From Clostridiales bacterium (GTDB lineage: Bacteria > Bacillota > Clostridia > Christensenellales > JAISNN01), in the NCBI GenBank assembly GCA_031289865.1, contig JAITOQ010000008.1, forward strand, positions 1-31,968: DNA of 31,968 nucleotides. Direction: 5' to 3'. The notes beneath the pieces are model-generated. The model had not been told where the DNA came from, made no database searches, and saw nothing but the letters and a program-made list of their open reading frames with translations. Shown here piece by piece: positions 16,515 to 24,922 of the stretch (the first letter of the stretch is position 1; the number at the start of each line of letters is the position of its first letter). A program made the translations under genes and the position numbers.

Positions 16515-16847
16515 TCATGATTTGTAATCATAAGCAATTTTATTATATTTCTTTCCATTTAGGTCAACGATAAAGCCGTCCACGATTTTGCACGGTGAAT
16601 CCTTGGATTTTATTTCCTCCAAAATATCGTCGTCGGTTATGCCCGATACCCAAACGACCTCCAAATCACCAACAAATAAACCATGCCCCTCGTCATCGGC
16701 GAAAGTAACGGGATCTGCGATACAAACGAATACTTCTCTATGTATATCACCGATCCAAGCGAATAAAATATGCCCCTCGTCGCCTTTTTTAACGCCCTCT
16801 TTCACGTAGTTATCGTTGAGAACTCTCACTCTGTCTAAATATTTCAT
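16515..16847 (-). CDS. Putative immunity/antitoxin protein (DUF4926-like N-terminus)
   Basis: YLDRVRVLNDNYVKEGVKKGDEGHIL pattern; small and acidic; 4-bp overlap with the upstream putative toxin. Confidence 0.55.
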   Translation of the reverse strand: MKYLDRVRVLNDNYVKEGVKKGDEGHILFAWIGDIHREVFVCIADPVTFADDEGHGLFVGDLEVVWVSGITDDDILEEIKSKDSPCKIVDGFIVDLNGKKYNKIAYDYKS

Positions 16848-17452
16848 TTGATAAAACCTCCAAACGGTGTATTGTTTTTAATTTTCCCATTAGGAAAAAC
16901 CATCCAGCCGGTATAAAAATAGTATTCTTTCTCGGGAGTTCTTCCTTTGCTTCTGATTGTACACGGAATACTGATTCTTTGACCGTATTTGTTCAATTCA
17001 CCTATCACATAATTTCCGTTTCCATAGTTTTCAATTGATTGCGCCTTTATTATATCATACAACTCCTGCGCTTCGGCAAGCGTATAACCCATGTATTTTT
17101 CAAATAATATTTTTTTGTCTTTTTCTACAAACGCATATTCCGTTATTTTTTTCATCGGAAAATCCAGAATTACATCTGCCGGCGAAAATTCATTTACCGA
17201 CAGTAATCTACACTTGCAATTTTTATGCAACTGTCCCGGTCCTAAATTCTCGTCTGCATACAACCTCGGCATTTTTTCAATGTCGTTGACAAAAATACAA
17301 TCGTTTACGGCGACACAATATAAGCACGTTTTTGTAATCGGATCGTCTTGTACTTCCTTTACAAAGCTCTCCCTATTTAACTTCGATCGTGCTTTTCTTT
17401 TCACCCATTTTGTCGTAACAAAATAATTTTCCGCGGCATCAAATATCCCCAT
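16844..17452 (-). CDS. Putative polymorphic toxin: MuF-like (phage minor head) Cys/His motif + DUF6883-like C-terminal domain
   Basis: TCLYC...HKNCKC resembles the MuF TCxxC...HPNCRC motif; KITEYAF..K..LF..MGY..YG.R..TGW resembles DUF6883; AAAGGAGG SD; AT-rich. Confidence 0.6.
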   Translation of the reverse strand: MGIFDAAENYFVTTKWVKRKARSKLNRESFVKEVQDDPITKTCLYCVAVNDCIFVNDIEKMPRLYADENLGPGQLHKNCKCRLLSVNEFSPADVILDFPMKKITEYAFVEKDKKILFEKYMGYTLAEAQELYDIIKAQSIENYGNGNYVIGELNKYGQRISIPCTIRSKGRTPEKEYYFYTGWMVFPNGKIKNNTPFGGFIK

Positions 17453-17540
17453 AAAATCCTCCTTTGATTTCGATATTACATTACCATATTAAAAAGTCGA
17501 GTTCTCGTTTTTATGCCATGTATTTTCGCTATGCAATTGA

Positions 17541-17581
17541 ACGGCTAACCGTTTGAGATTCTTCGCAAGCTCAGAATGACA
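17541..17581 (-). repeat. TGTC-type REP, right arm of an inverted pair
   Basis: 17541-17564 is the exact reverse complement of 16450-16473. Confidence 0.88.
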
Positions 17582-17634
17582 CCGATTAGACAAGCCCTTT
17601 GGCTAAAACAACAATTTTTTCCTCATCAAAACAT

Positions 17635-17663
17635 TTGAGTTTTTCTTATAAAAATGTTATAAT
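17635..17663 (+). promoter_or_regulatory. sigmaA promoter with extended -10 for hppA
   Basis: TTGAGT-17-TATAAT preceded by TG. Confidence 0.75.
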
Positions 17664-17722
17664 ATATCGGAATCAAAAATCGGGCGTGTAATTGCGCCTA
17701 AAAAGGGAGTAAAGAGTCAGTT

Positions 17723-19912
17723 ATGCCAAATGTTTTAATTTATTTTATAGTATTCGTATCTGTCGCGGTCGCGGGTTCGCTCGCCTTTGCGCTCTACAAC
17801 TTTTTCCGTGTCAAAAAGTTGAAAAGCGGTACCGACGCCATGAACGAAATCGCCTCCGCAATCAGCGAGGGTGCGAGCGCGTTTATCGCGCATGAGTACA
17901 AGGTGATAGGTATCACCGCCGCAATAGTCGCGGTCGTCCTCGGTGTCATTCTCGACCCGTGGAGCGCAATCGCGTTTGCACTCGGTATCATTCTTTCGGG
18001 TTCGGCGGGCTTTGTCGGCATGAAGATCGCGACTATCGCAAACGTCCGCGTTGCCAATACCGCACGCGAAACACGCTCCCTCGGCAAGACCCTCAAGGTA
18101 GCTTTCCGCGGCGGCAGCGTCATGGGACTGTGCGTAGGCGGCTTTGCACTCCTCGGTCTTTTAATCTGTTTCCTCGTATTCGGTTTAGGCGCGGGACAAT
18201 TAAACGTCGAAAACATCAAGCTCACAAAAAACCTGATCGGAATCGAATACATACCGTTTACAATGGTCGTATCCTGCTATGCGCTCGGCTGCTCGATGGT
18301 CGCGCTCTTTAACCGTATCGGCGGCGGTATCTATACCAAAGCCGCGGACATGGGTGCGGATCTCGTCGGCAAGACGGAAGAACACATTCCCGAAGACGAC
18401 GCCCGCAACCCCGCCACTATCGCCGACAACGTAGGCGACAACGTAGGCGACGTCGCGGGGCTTGGGAGCGACCTCTTAGAGAGCTATGTCGGCGCAATCA
18501 TCGCCGCCGTCATCCTCTCCGCATACACCTTTATCACCACCCTTGCAACCGATAGAGAGTTTAGCGGCAAGTTGCTCCAACGTCTTATGCTGTTTCCCGT
18601 CACCTTTGCGGGCGTGGGCGTCATCGCGTGTATATTCGGTATCGGCTACGTCATCTTTAAAAAAGCCAGCAACAAGCCGCACCGCGAATTAAACATCGCG
18701 CTCTGGTCGTCCGCCGCAATCATCGTCGTAGGAGGTTGCGTCCTCTCGTGGGCGTTCTTTAAAGACTTCACGGGAAAAGAAATAGAAACTCTCGGCTTTA
18801 ATCTCGGCGAATTTTCGCCTTGGGTGGGTACGGTCATCGGTATAGTATGCGGTATCGTCATCGGTATGCTTGCCGAATACTACACCAGCGCGGATCACAA
18901 GCCGACACAAAACCTTGCTAAAATCACCACCGAAGGCACCGCACTCACCATCACAAGAGGGCTTGCGCTCGGGATGAAAAGCTGTTTTTTTCCCGTCATC
19001 GTCTTAGGACTTGCGGTCATCGGATCGTATGCGGCGGCGGGCGTGTACGGAGTCACAATGGCGGCGGTCGGTATGCTCTCTTTCGTCGCGGCGACGGTTT
19101 CCGTCGACACCTACGGACCTATCGCGGATAACGCGGGCGGTATCAGCGAAATGAGCAAGCTTGACCACGAGGTTCGTGAAATCACCGACAAGCTCGACTC
19201 CGTCGGAAATACCACGGCGGCTATCGGAAAAGGCTTTGCTATCGGGAGCGGCGCGCTTGCCGCGTTAAGTCTGTTGATATCGTTTATCCACAGCCAACTC
19301 AAGGCGGGCGAATCCGCAGAAGCCACATTAAATATCATCGACGCACTCACCCTTGCGGGCGCGTTTATCGGCGGCGCGCTGCCGTTCTTCTTTTCGGGGC
19401 TTCTGACCGACGCGGTCGCAAAGAGCGCGCAGCACATGGTCAAAGAGGTTCGCCGTCAGTTTAGAGAAAAACCGGGCATTTTGGACGGTACCGAAAAGCC
19501 CGATTACAAGCAATGTATCAAGATTTCCGCGGCGGGCGCAATCAAGGAAATGAAACTCCCCGTCCTCATCGCGGTCGCGCTTCCTTTGGTCGGCGGGTTT
19601 TTGCTCGGCGCAAAGTTTGTCGGAGGAATCCTCATCGGCGCAACCATTACCGCTATCATGATGGCAATCTTTACCGCCAACGCGGGCGGCGCATGGGACA
19701 ACGCCAAAAAAGCTATCGAACAAGGCTTTATAAAGGGTGTCGGCAAAGGCTCGAAAGAGCATGACGCCGCCGTCGTCGGAGATACCGTAGGCGATCCGCT
19801 AAAGGATACAGTCGGACCGTCGCTCGATATCTTAATCAAAATTATGGCGACCGTCTCCCTCATCGGCGTCGCTATCTTCGGACAGTTTAATCTGTTGGCG
19901 CTGTTTAGCTAA
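17723..19912 (+). CDS. hppA: Membrane-bound ion-translocating pyrophosphatase, K+-dependent type (probably Na+-pumping)
   Basis: GGGIYTKAADMGADLVGKTE, EDDARNP, DNVGDNVGD, GGAWDNAKK, GDTVGDPLKD; GNTTAA (Ala, not Lys) marks K+-dependence. Confidence 0.96.
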   Translation: MPNVLIYFIVFVSVAVAGSLAFALYNFFRVKKLKSGTDAMNEIASAISEGASAFIAHEYKVIGITAAIVAVVLGVILDPWSAIAFALGIILSGSAGFVGMKIATIANVRVANTARETRSLGKTLKVAFRGGSVMGLCVGGFALLGLLICFLVFGLGAGQLNVENIKLTKNLIGIEYIPFTMVVSCYALGCSMVALFNRIGGGIYTKAADMGADLVGKTEEHIPEDDARNPATIADNVGDNVGDVAGLGSDLLESYVGAIIAAVILSAYTFITTLATDREFSGKLLQRLMLFPVTFAGVGVIACIFGIGYVIFKKASNKPHRELNIALWSSAAIIVVGGCVLSWAFFKDFTGKEIETLGFNLGEFSPWVGTVIGIVCGIVIGMLAEYYTSADHKPTQNLAKITTEGTALTITRGLALGMKSCFFPVIVLGLAVIGSYAAAGVYGVTMAAVGMLSFVAATVSVDTYGPIADNAGGISEMSKLDHEVREITDKLDSVGNTTAAIGKGFAIGSGALAALSLLISFIHSQLKAGESAEATLNIIDALTLAGAFIGGALPFFFSGLLTDAVAKSAQHMVKEVRRQFREKPGILDGTEKPDYKQCIKISAAGAIKEMKLPVLIAVALPLVGGFLLGAKFVGGILIGATITAIMMAIFTANAGGAWDNAKKAIEQGFIKGVGKGSKEHDAAVVGDTVGDPLKDTVGPSLDILIKIMATVSLIGVAIFGQFNLLALFS

Positions 19913-19936
19913 ACTTTTAATTTTTTGATAATAGAG

Positions 19937-20159
19937 ATGCGAGACAAAATTTTCACGAAAAATTTTTCTCGCGCTCTTTTCAAATAGTTTTATGATTTAT
20001 AGAGAATAAAAAAGTCGGGGTGCTTACTCCGACTTTTTTATTCGGGGTGCTTACTCCGACTTTTTTATATTGTAGGGGACGATGCCTTCATCGTCCCGTA
20101 TCCGAATAAAAAAAGCATGTGTCATTCTGAGCAAAGCGAAGAATCTCAAACGATTTCTC
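19937..20159 (-). repeat. Composite repeat, copy 2: long hairpin (19937-19991), duplicated terminator, GTAG-type REP (20071-20100), TGTC REP (20119-20159)
   Basis: Reverse complement aligns module by module with 5145-5342. Confidence 0.8.
20006..20068. terminator. Bidirectional terminator with a 27-bp tandem duplication
   Basis: aaaaaagtcgggg-tgctta-ctccgactttttt; tcggggtgcttactccgacttttttat occurs at 20015-20041 and 20042-20068. Confidence 0.75.
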
Positions 20160-20185
20160 CGAATCACATCTCTTTTTATCCGCAA

Positions 20186-20213
20186 TTCTGCATTCTGCAT
20201 TCGGCATTTTGCA
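20186..20213. repeat. Four-unit heptamer array, TTCTGCA variant
   Basis: ttctgca ttctgca ttcggca ttttgca, preceded by ccgcaa like several TTTCAAC arrays. Confidence 0.8.
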
Positions 20214-20241
20214 TTAAAAATAAAAAACTTCTGAAAACCCC

Positions 20242-20270
20242 TTGTATATCCGCGTGTGATATGTTATAAT
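20242..20270 (+). promoter_or_regulatory. sigmaA promoter with extended -10
   Basis: TTGTAT-17-TATAAT preceded by TG; AAAGGAG SD. Confidence 0.72.
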
Positions 20271-20318
20271 ATTTTCGTTACAAAACCAAATTTAAAAACA
20301 AAAAGGAGAACTTAATCA

Positions 20319-20804
20319 ATGGGAAAGAAATTTCCGGCTTTTTTACTCGGTTTTTTCTGTTCGTTAGGCGGATTAGTCGTATGGGTAATTATCGGCTTGC
20401 TCGGCTTTTATGCTGGTATCGGTGCTTTTCTCATGGCTTACTTATTTGTGGCGGGCTATCAAGGCGTACTAAAGAAACCCGACGACAAGAGTTACATTCC
20501 GTTAATGATATTTGTCGTCATTATCGACATTGTTTTAGCCCTAATAGTCTTTATCGCAATAGATTGCTACCGCGTCGGAGTACCGTTTAGTATTGCCGTA
20601 ATTGATTTGTTAGACATGTCGGTTGTTTTGCTTGACCTCGCTATAGGCTTAGTCTTTGGCGCAATCGGGATATTCATGGCAATCTCCCAACAATCCCGTC
20701 AAAAAGCACGCAAACAATTCCTCGCCGATAAAAAGAAAAGAGCCGCCGAAGCCCAACAAGAACAAGACCAAAATCAAATCCAAAACCCAAATCAAAAACG
20801 CTGA
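20319..20804 (+). CDS. Hypothetical membrane protein (about 4 TM) with basic then Gln-rich C-terminal tail
   Basis: Own promoter, SD and terminator; hydrophobic segments. Confidence 0.8.
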   Translation: MGKKFPAFLLGFFCSLGGLVVWVIIGLLGFYAGIGAFLMAYLFVAGYQGVLKKPDDKSYIPLMIFVVIIDIVLALIVFIAIDCYRVGVPFSIAVIDLLDMSVVLLDLAIGLVFGAIGIFMAISQQSRQKARKQFLADKKKRAAEAQQEQDQNQIQNPNQKR

Positions 20805-20829
20805 CACTTTAATTTATCAATAAAAAGAC

Positions 20830-20866
20830 ATAGGTCGGATTGAAAAACACTCCGACCTATTTTTTT
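20830..20866 (+). terminator. Intrinsic terminator
   Basis: ataggtcgga-ttgaaaaacac-tccgacctat-tttttt. Confidence 0.82.
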
Positions 20867-20887
20867 ATTGTGATTGTACAGCTGACA

Positions 20888-21032
20888 TTTGAGATTCTTC
20901 GCTACGCTCAGAATAACAGCTACCTTTTTAATAAGTCGGAGTAAATCACTCCCCCATGTATCCCCCATATAAAAGTGGTAAAGTTTTTGAAAAGAGCGCG
21001 AGAAAAAATTTTTTCAAAAATTTTCTCTCGCA
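20888..21032 (+). repeat. Composite repeat, partial copy 3 (TGTC REP + aagtcggagtaa + long hairpin)
   Basis: tttgagattcttcgctacgctcagaataaca ... tttttgaaaagagcgcgagaaaaaa...ttttctctcgca. Confidence 0.75.
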
Positions 21033-21060
21033 CCCCTATTCTCAAAAAAAACAAAAAAAC

Positions 21061-22446
21061 CTAAAACTCCAAATTCCGATAGTTTCTCGGAAACGGCGTC
21101 ACATCGCGGATATTCGCGATTCCCGTGAGGAGCATAACCATGCGCTCGAACCCAAGCCCGAATCCCGCGTGTTTACAGCCCCCGAAACGCCTCAAATCGG
21201 TGTACCATGCGTAATTCTCCTTATCGAGGTTTAGCTCCTTCATGCGCGTTGTGAGGACGCTAACGCGCTCCTCGCGCTGACTCCCGCCGATCAACTCTCC
21301 TATTCCCGCGACCAACAGGTCCGCCGCGGCGACGGTTTTTCCGTCGTCGTTCAAGCGCATATAAAACGCCTTGATTTCCTTTGGATAATCGGTCAAAAAC
21401 ACGGGCTTTTTAAACACCTCTTCGGTGAGGTAGCGTTCGTGTTCGGATTGGAGATCCGCGCCCCACTCCACGGGAAATTCAAAACTTTTTCCGCTCGTCT
21501 TGAGAATCTCCACCGCCTCTGTATAGCTCAATCGTACAAATTCGTTACCTACGATATTTTCAAGCCGTGCAAGCAAGCCGCTATCGACGTATTCATTTAA
21601 AAACGCAAGCTCCGCCCCGCAAGCCGCTCTTACATGCCGAATCACCGACTTTACCATATCTTCCGCAAGCCGCATATCGTCCTCAATATCCGCAAACGCG
21701 ATTTCGGGCTCTATCATCCAAAATTCCGCGGCATGACGCGCCGTATTTGACAGCTCTGCGCGGAAGGTCGGACCAAAGGTGTAGACCTTAGAGAACGCCA
21801 TCGCATAGGTTTCCGCATTTAGCTGACCGCTGACTGTAAGGCTTGCGGGCTTGCCGAAAAAATCCTCCGAAAAATCCGTCCTCCCGTCCTCCGTTCTATG
21901 CGGTTTGTCCGGGTCGAGGGTCGTGACGCGAAACATCGCCCCCGCCCCCTCACAATCACTTGAGGTAATTATCGGGGTGTGAACATAGACAAATCCCCGT
22001 TCGTGAAAAAAGTCATGAATGGCAAAAGCCGCCTCGCTCCGAATCCTAAACACCGCATGAAAGGTATTCGTTCTCGGACGGAGGTACGCTTTTTCGCGCA
22101 AAAATTCAAAGGAATGCCGTTTTTTTTGTATCGGATAATCGGGCGCGGCTTCGCCCTCGACTATGACCGTATCGGCGTGAAGCTCGAACGGCTGTTTGTT
22201 TTCGGGGGTCAATACGACGCTCCCCTCCACGGTAAGCGACGCGCCCGTCAACTGCCTCTCGACCTCATCAAAATTTCCGACCTTTTCCCTATCAAACACG
22301 ATTTGAACCGTCCTAAAACACGACCCGTCGTTCAGCTCGATAAATCCGAAGCTCTTTGAGGTTCGTATCGAACGAATCCACCCCGAAACTTGAACGGTTT
22401 TTTGAGAGGGATTAAGAAATAGATTTTTTACTGTTGTTTTTTCCAT
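21061..22446 (-). CDS. asnS: Asparagine--tRNA ligase
   Basis: [68 protein letters not shown]. Confidence 0.97.
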   Translation of the reverse strand: MEKTTVKNLFLNPSQKTVQVSGWIRSIRTSKSFGFIELNDGSCFRTVQIVFDREKVGNFDEVERQLTGASLTVEGSVVLTPENKQPFELHADTVIVEGEAAPDYPIQKKRHSFEFLREKAYLRPRTNTFHAVFRIRSEAAFAIHDFFHERGFVYVHTPIITSSDCEGAGAMFRVTTLDPDKPHRTEDGRTDFSEDFFGKPASLTVSGQLNAETYAMAFSKVYTFGPTFRAELSNTARHAAEFWMIEPEIAFADIEDDMRLAEDMVKSVIRHVRAACGAELAFLNEYVDSGLLARLENIVGNEFVRLSYTEAVEILKTSGKSFEFPVEWGADLQSEHERYLTEEVFKKPVFLTDYPKEIKAFYMRLNDDGKTVAAADLLVAGIGELIGGSQREERVSVLTTRMKELNLDKENYAWYTDLRRFGGCKHAGFGLGFERMVMLLTGIANIRDVTPFPRNYRNLEF

Positions 22447-22493
22447 AGCTTACAATCAATTGTGACCTTTTTTTATTTTTTTAATCTTTCCAT

Positions 22494-22521
22494 AAAAAAA
22501 ACCCGCGCAAACGGGTTTTTT
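22494..22521. terminator. Intrinsic terminator after the 65-aa gene
   Basis: aaaaaaaa-cccg-cgcaaa-cggg-tttttt. Confidence 0.65.
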
Positions 22522-22538
22522 CCTTACAAAAAACGATT

Positions 22539-22736
22539 TTAATACCGATCGTCCTCGGTCGTATATTGATAGAGCGGCTGATTCATCGTACCGTACGGTA
22601 CGAGCGATATCGGCTGAACTATCGGTGTGAGCTGAATGATATCCGACGGCCTTTCGATAGGCATCGGCTGACTGACGGGAGCTTGTCCGTAGACTATTCT
22701 CCTGACGGGCTTTGGGATATGTGATTTGCGTGCCAT
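22539..22736 (-). CDS. Small hypothetical Pro/Gln-rich protein (65 aa) sharing a 23-aa motif with the upstream membrane protein
   Basis: Strong SD AAGGAGGTG; motif conserved at protein level with many synonymous DNA differences. Confidence 0.8.
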   Translation of the reverse strand: MARKSHIPKPVRRIVYGQAPVSQPMPIERPSDIIQLTPIVQPISLVPYGTMNQPLYQYTTEDDRY

Positions 22737-22812
22737 AATTTTTGCACCTCCTTCTTAAATTTCCTTTGTAAACTTAGCGTTCGTGCCCGATAAAAACTCG
22801 TTTAAACGACTT

Positions 22813-23787
22813 TTATTTTTCTTCGGGGAGCGCGCCCTCTACGGGCAGATATTTTTCGGTAACGATAAACGCGTTTGCAAGAATGAGCGCGACCGATATT
22901 CCAAAGAGGACATACATTCCGAAGCTCATGCGGAACAAAAGCTCCTCGCTGTTTTGCAGCGACAAAATTATCGAATCGAACGCCCCGCGTGTCGTCGTGA
23001 TATTCATGAGTATAATCGCCGCTAATAGTACCAACGCAAGTACGAGCAGCAAAACATTTGCCTTATACGGTCTGCGTTTGACCTTTCCCGTTATGGATTT
23101 GACGATATATTTGACGACGTTATAAGCGAGAACCAAAAGTATCAATATAACCGTAACCGCCGCGAGGTGTGAGCCGACCATGATGACTTGCGGTATTTGG
23201 AATCTAAAATAGAATTCAAAGCCCGTATTTTCCCCAAGCTGTGCGCTTTGACCTTTAAAGAGCGCGGAGATGATCTCGAGTCCGCTGTATCCCGATATGA
23301 CGGGAAACGCCAAAATGATGATTATCAAGGCGACGGAGAGCGCGAGCATAAAGAGCGCGACGCCGCGGTGTTTGATATAGCCTTTTTCGGGCATAACGGT
23401 TTCGACTTGATATAGCGGTTGATTTTGGGTAGTATACGGCACGAACGAGACGGGGATCACGATAGGCGACAGCTGAACGCTGCCTCCCGGGTTCGGGATC
23501 GGCGAATTTTCCACATAACCGTAGCCTGCGGCGACGGTTTGTCCTTGTTGTACGGCTTGCTGTTGCGGCTCATATCCGATCTGTGCTTCTTGCTGTTGCT
23601 GCGGCGGCTGCTGCTGTGCGTATGGGTCGGGTTGACCGTAACCGTACGCATAGTAGTCGTTTTGCGGCACACAGTAAGTCCGTATGTAAAAGTCGCATTC
23701 AAACTTATCTGTACACGACTCGCATTCGGATAGGGAGCAAGGATCGGTCAAGACGCTCGGCTCTGCATTTTTTATTTTCTTGCCCAT
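22813..23787 (-). CDS. Hypothetical membrane protein: N-terminal Cys cluster, Gln-rich linker, shared motif, about 4 TM helices
   Basis: CSLSECESCTDKFEC..YC; QQQPPQQQQ; QLSPIVIPVSFVPYTTQNQPLYQ; GAGGA SD supports ATG 23787. Confidence 0.8.
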   Translation of the reverse strand: MGKKIKNAEPSVLTDPCSLSECESCTDKFECDFYIRTYCVPQNDYYAYGYGQPDPYAQQQPPQQQQEAQIGYEPQQQAVQQGQTVAAGYGYVENSPIPNPGGSVQLSPIVIPVSFVPYTTQNQPLYQVETVMPEKGYIKHRGVALFMLALSVALIIIILAFPVISGYSGLEIISALFKGQSAQLGENTGFEFYFRFQIPQVIMVGSHLAAVTVILILLVLAYNVVKYIVKSITGKVKRRPYKANVLLLVLALVLLAAIILMNITTTRGAFDSIILSLQNSEELLFRMSFGMYVLFGISVALILANAFIVTEKYLPVEGALPEEK

Positions 23788-23848
23788 GACACCATTCCTC
23801 AAATTTTAGTGAATTGCAAACTGCAATTCGCAATAGGGTAGTAAATAT

Positions 23849-23877
23849 AGTATACACTATTTTCAAAGAAATTTCAA
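23849..23877 (-). promoter_or_regulatory. sigmaA promoter
   Basis: TTGAAA(23877-23872)-17-TATACT(23854-23849). Confidence 0.68.
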
Positions 23878-23935
23878 TATATATTCGCTAAAAATTTAAA
23901 AATTCCTAAAATTTCCTTGACTTGTCTTAATTTTT

Positions 23936-24559
23936 TCAAGCCTTTGCGCTCAATTTCCCGCCTTTTCCTTTGGCTTTTGACTTTGCGGCTTCGGCTATTT
24001 CCGTTACGGCATTCACTGCCGCGTTTTTAGCTTCCTTTTTTGAGGCATTCGCCGTCCCGCCTTTAGTCTTGACCGCCCCTACCCCGCCTTTGACCTTTCC
24101 CGTAAACGAGACTGTAGCGGAGATTAGTGAAGAACCGAGGACGGTATAGTAGCCGTAATCGATCTCCTTTAAAAAGGTACCGAGCGGAACGCCGCCCGTA
24201 GCGGCCTCATATATCCCGTAGCCCAAAAAGCAAACGAACGCGATCACGGCAAAGATTTTCCGACCCGCGAGTTTTTTGTTCACCATACCGATGACGGCGG
24301 CGACGACCGCGGCGACCGACACTATGACGCCGAGTACAAACGCGGTATCGTCGAGCAGCGCGACAAGTCTTGACCAATCAAAGTTTTTAAGGTATTCGAT
24401 AAAATGAGCGACGGGCGTCCCGCCGTTGAGTATTTCGGGCAGTGACGGCAAAAACTGAGGTACGATCGCCGCCGCCGACGCAATCATCGAAAAAACAAAC
24501 CCGATAATCGCGCTCCACTTTTTAATTGTCATCTTTTCTTCTTTTTTCTTTTTGCACAT
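23936..24559 (-). CDS. Hypothetical membrane protein (about 4 TM) with Lys/Ala-rich tail
   Basis: AGGAGA SD before ATG 24559; hydrophobic segments; own promoter. Confidence 0.8.
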   Translation of the reverse strand: MCKKKKEEKMTIKKWSAIIGFVFSMIASAAAIVPQFLPSLPEILNGGTPVAHFIEYLKNFDWSRLVALLDDTAFVLGVIVSVAAVVAAVIGMVNKKLAGRKIFAVIAFVCFLGYGIYEAATGGVPLGTFLKEIDYGYYTVLGSSLISATVSFTGKVKGGVGAVKTKGGTANASKKEAKNAAVNAVTEIAEAAKSKAKGKGGKLSAKA

Positions 24560-24588
24560 AAAAAACTCTCCTAAATTTATCCCATATT

Positions 24589-24617
24589 ATTATACAACTA
24601 ACTGCCCGTTCTGTCAA
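24589..24617 (-). promoter_or_regulatory. Perfect-consensus sigmaA promoter
   Basis: TTGACA(24617-24612)-17-TATAAT(24594-24589). Confidence 0.85.
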
Positions 24618-24648
24618 TACCGTTTTGAAAAAAAATTATATTTTTTTT

Positions 24649-24687
24649 GCAACGTGACGTTGCATCCGTCATCGCAACCGATATGAG
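24649..24687. repeat. Palindrome-plus-tail motif, copy 2
   Basis: Matches 4035-4077 with a compensatory stem change. Confidence 0.7.
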
Positions 24688-24736
24688 TGTAATTATTGGC
24701 TTTAGTCGCCCGTTCACCGATTTTATTTTTGAGGAA

Positions 24737-24812
24737 TGTCGAGGCGGCATAAAATTCCCCTATGGGGAGGGGTGGCGGCGAACGCCGACGGGGTGGTTAA
24801 ACGTCGATAGTC
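24737..24812 (-). repeat. Single inverted copy of the 74-bp repeat family found at 31774-31968
   Basis: cgacggggtggttaaacgtcg (24786-24806) is the exact reverse complement of cgacgtttaaccaccccgtcg; gaggcggcataaaat also matches. Confidence 0.85.
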
Positions 24813-24853
24813 GGCGCCGCCGACGGTGACACCCACCTCTTTTTATCCTCACT

Positions 24854-24881
24854 TTTCAACTTTCCACTTTCAACTTTCAAC
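24854..24881 (-). repeat. Four-unit heptamer array
   Basis: tttcaac tttccac tttcaac tttcaac. Confidence 0.88.
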
Positions 24882-24885
24882 TTTT

Positions 24886-24918
24886 AAAAAAGCCGCCCCC
24901 AATGGGGACGGCTTTTTT
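24886..24918. terminator. Intrinsic terminator of the giant surface-protein gene
   Basis: aaaaaagccgcccc-caat-ggggacggctttttt. Confidence 0.85.
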
Positions 24919-24922
24919 CATT

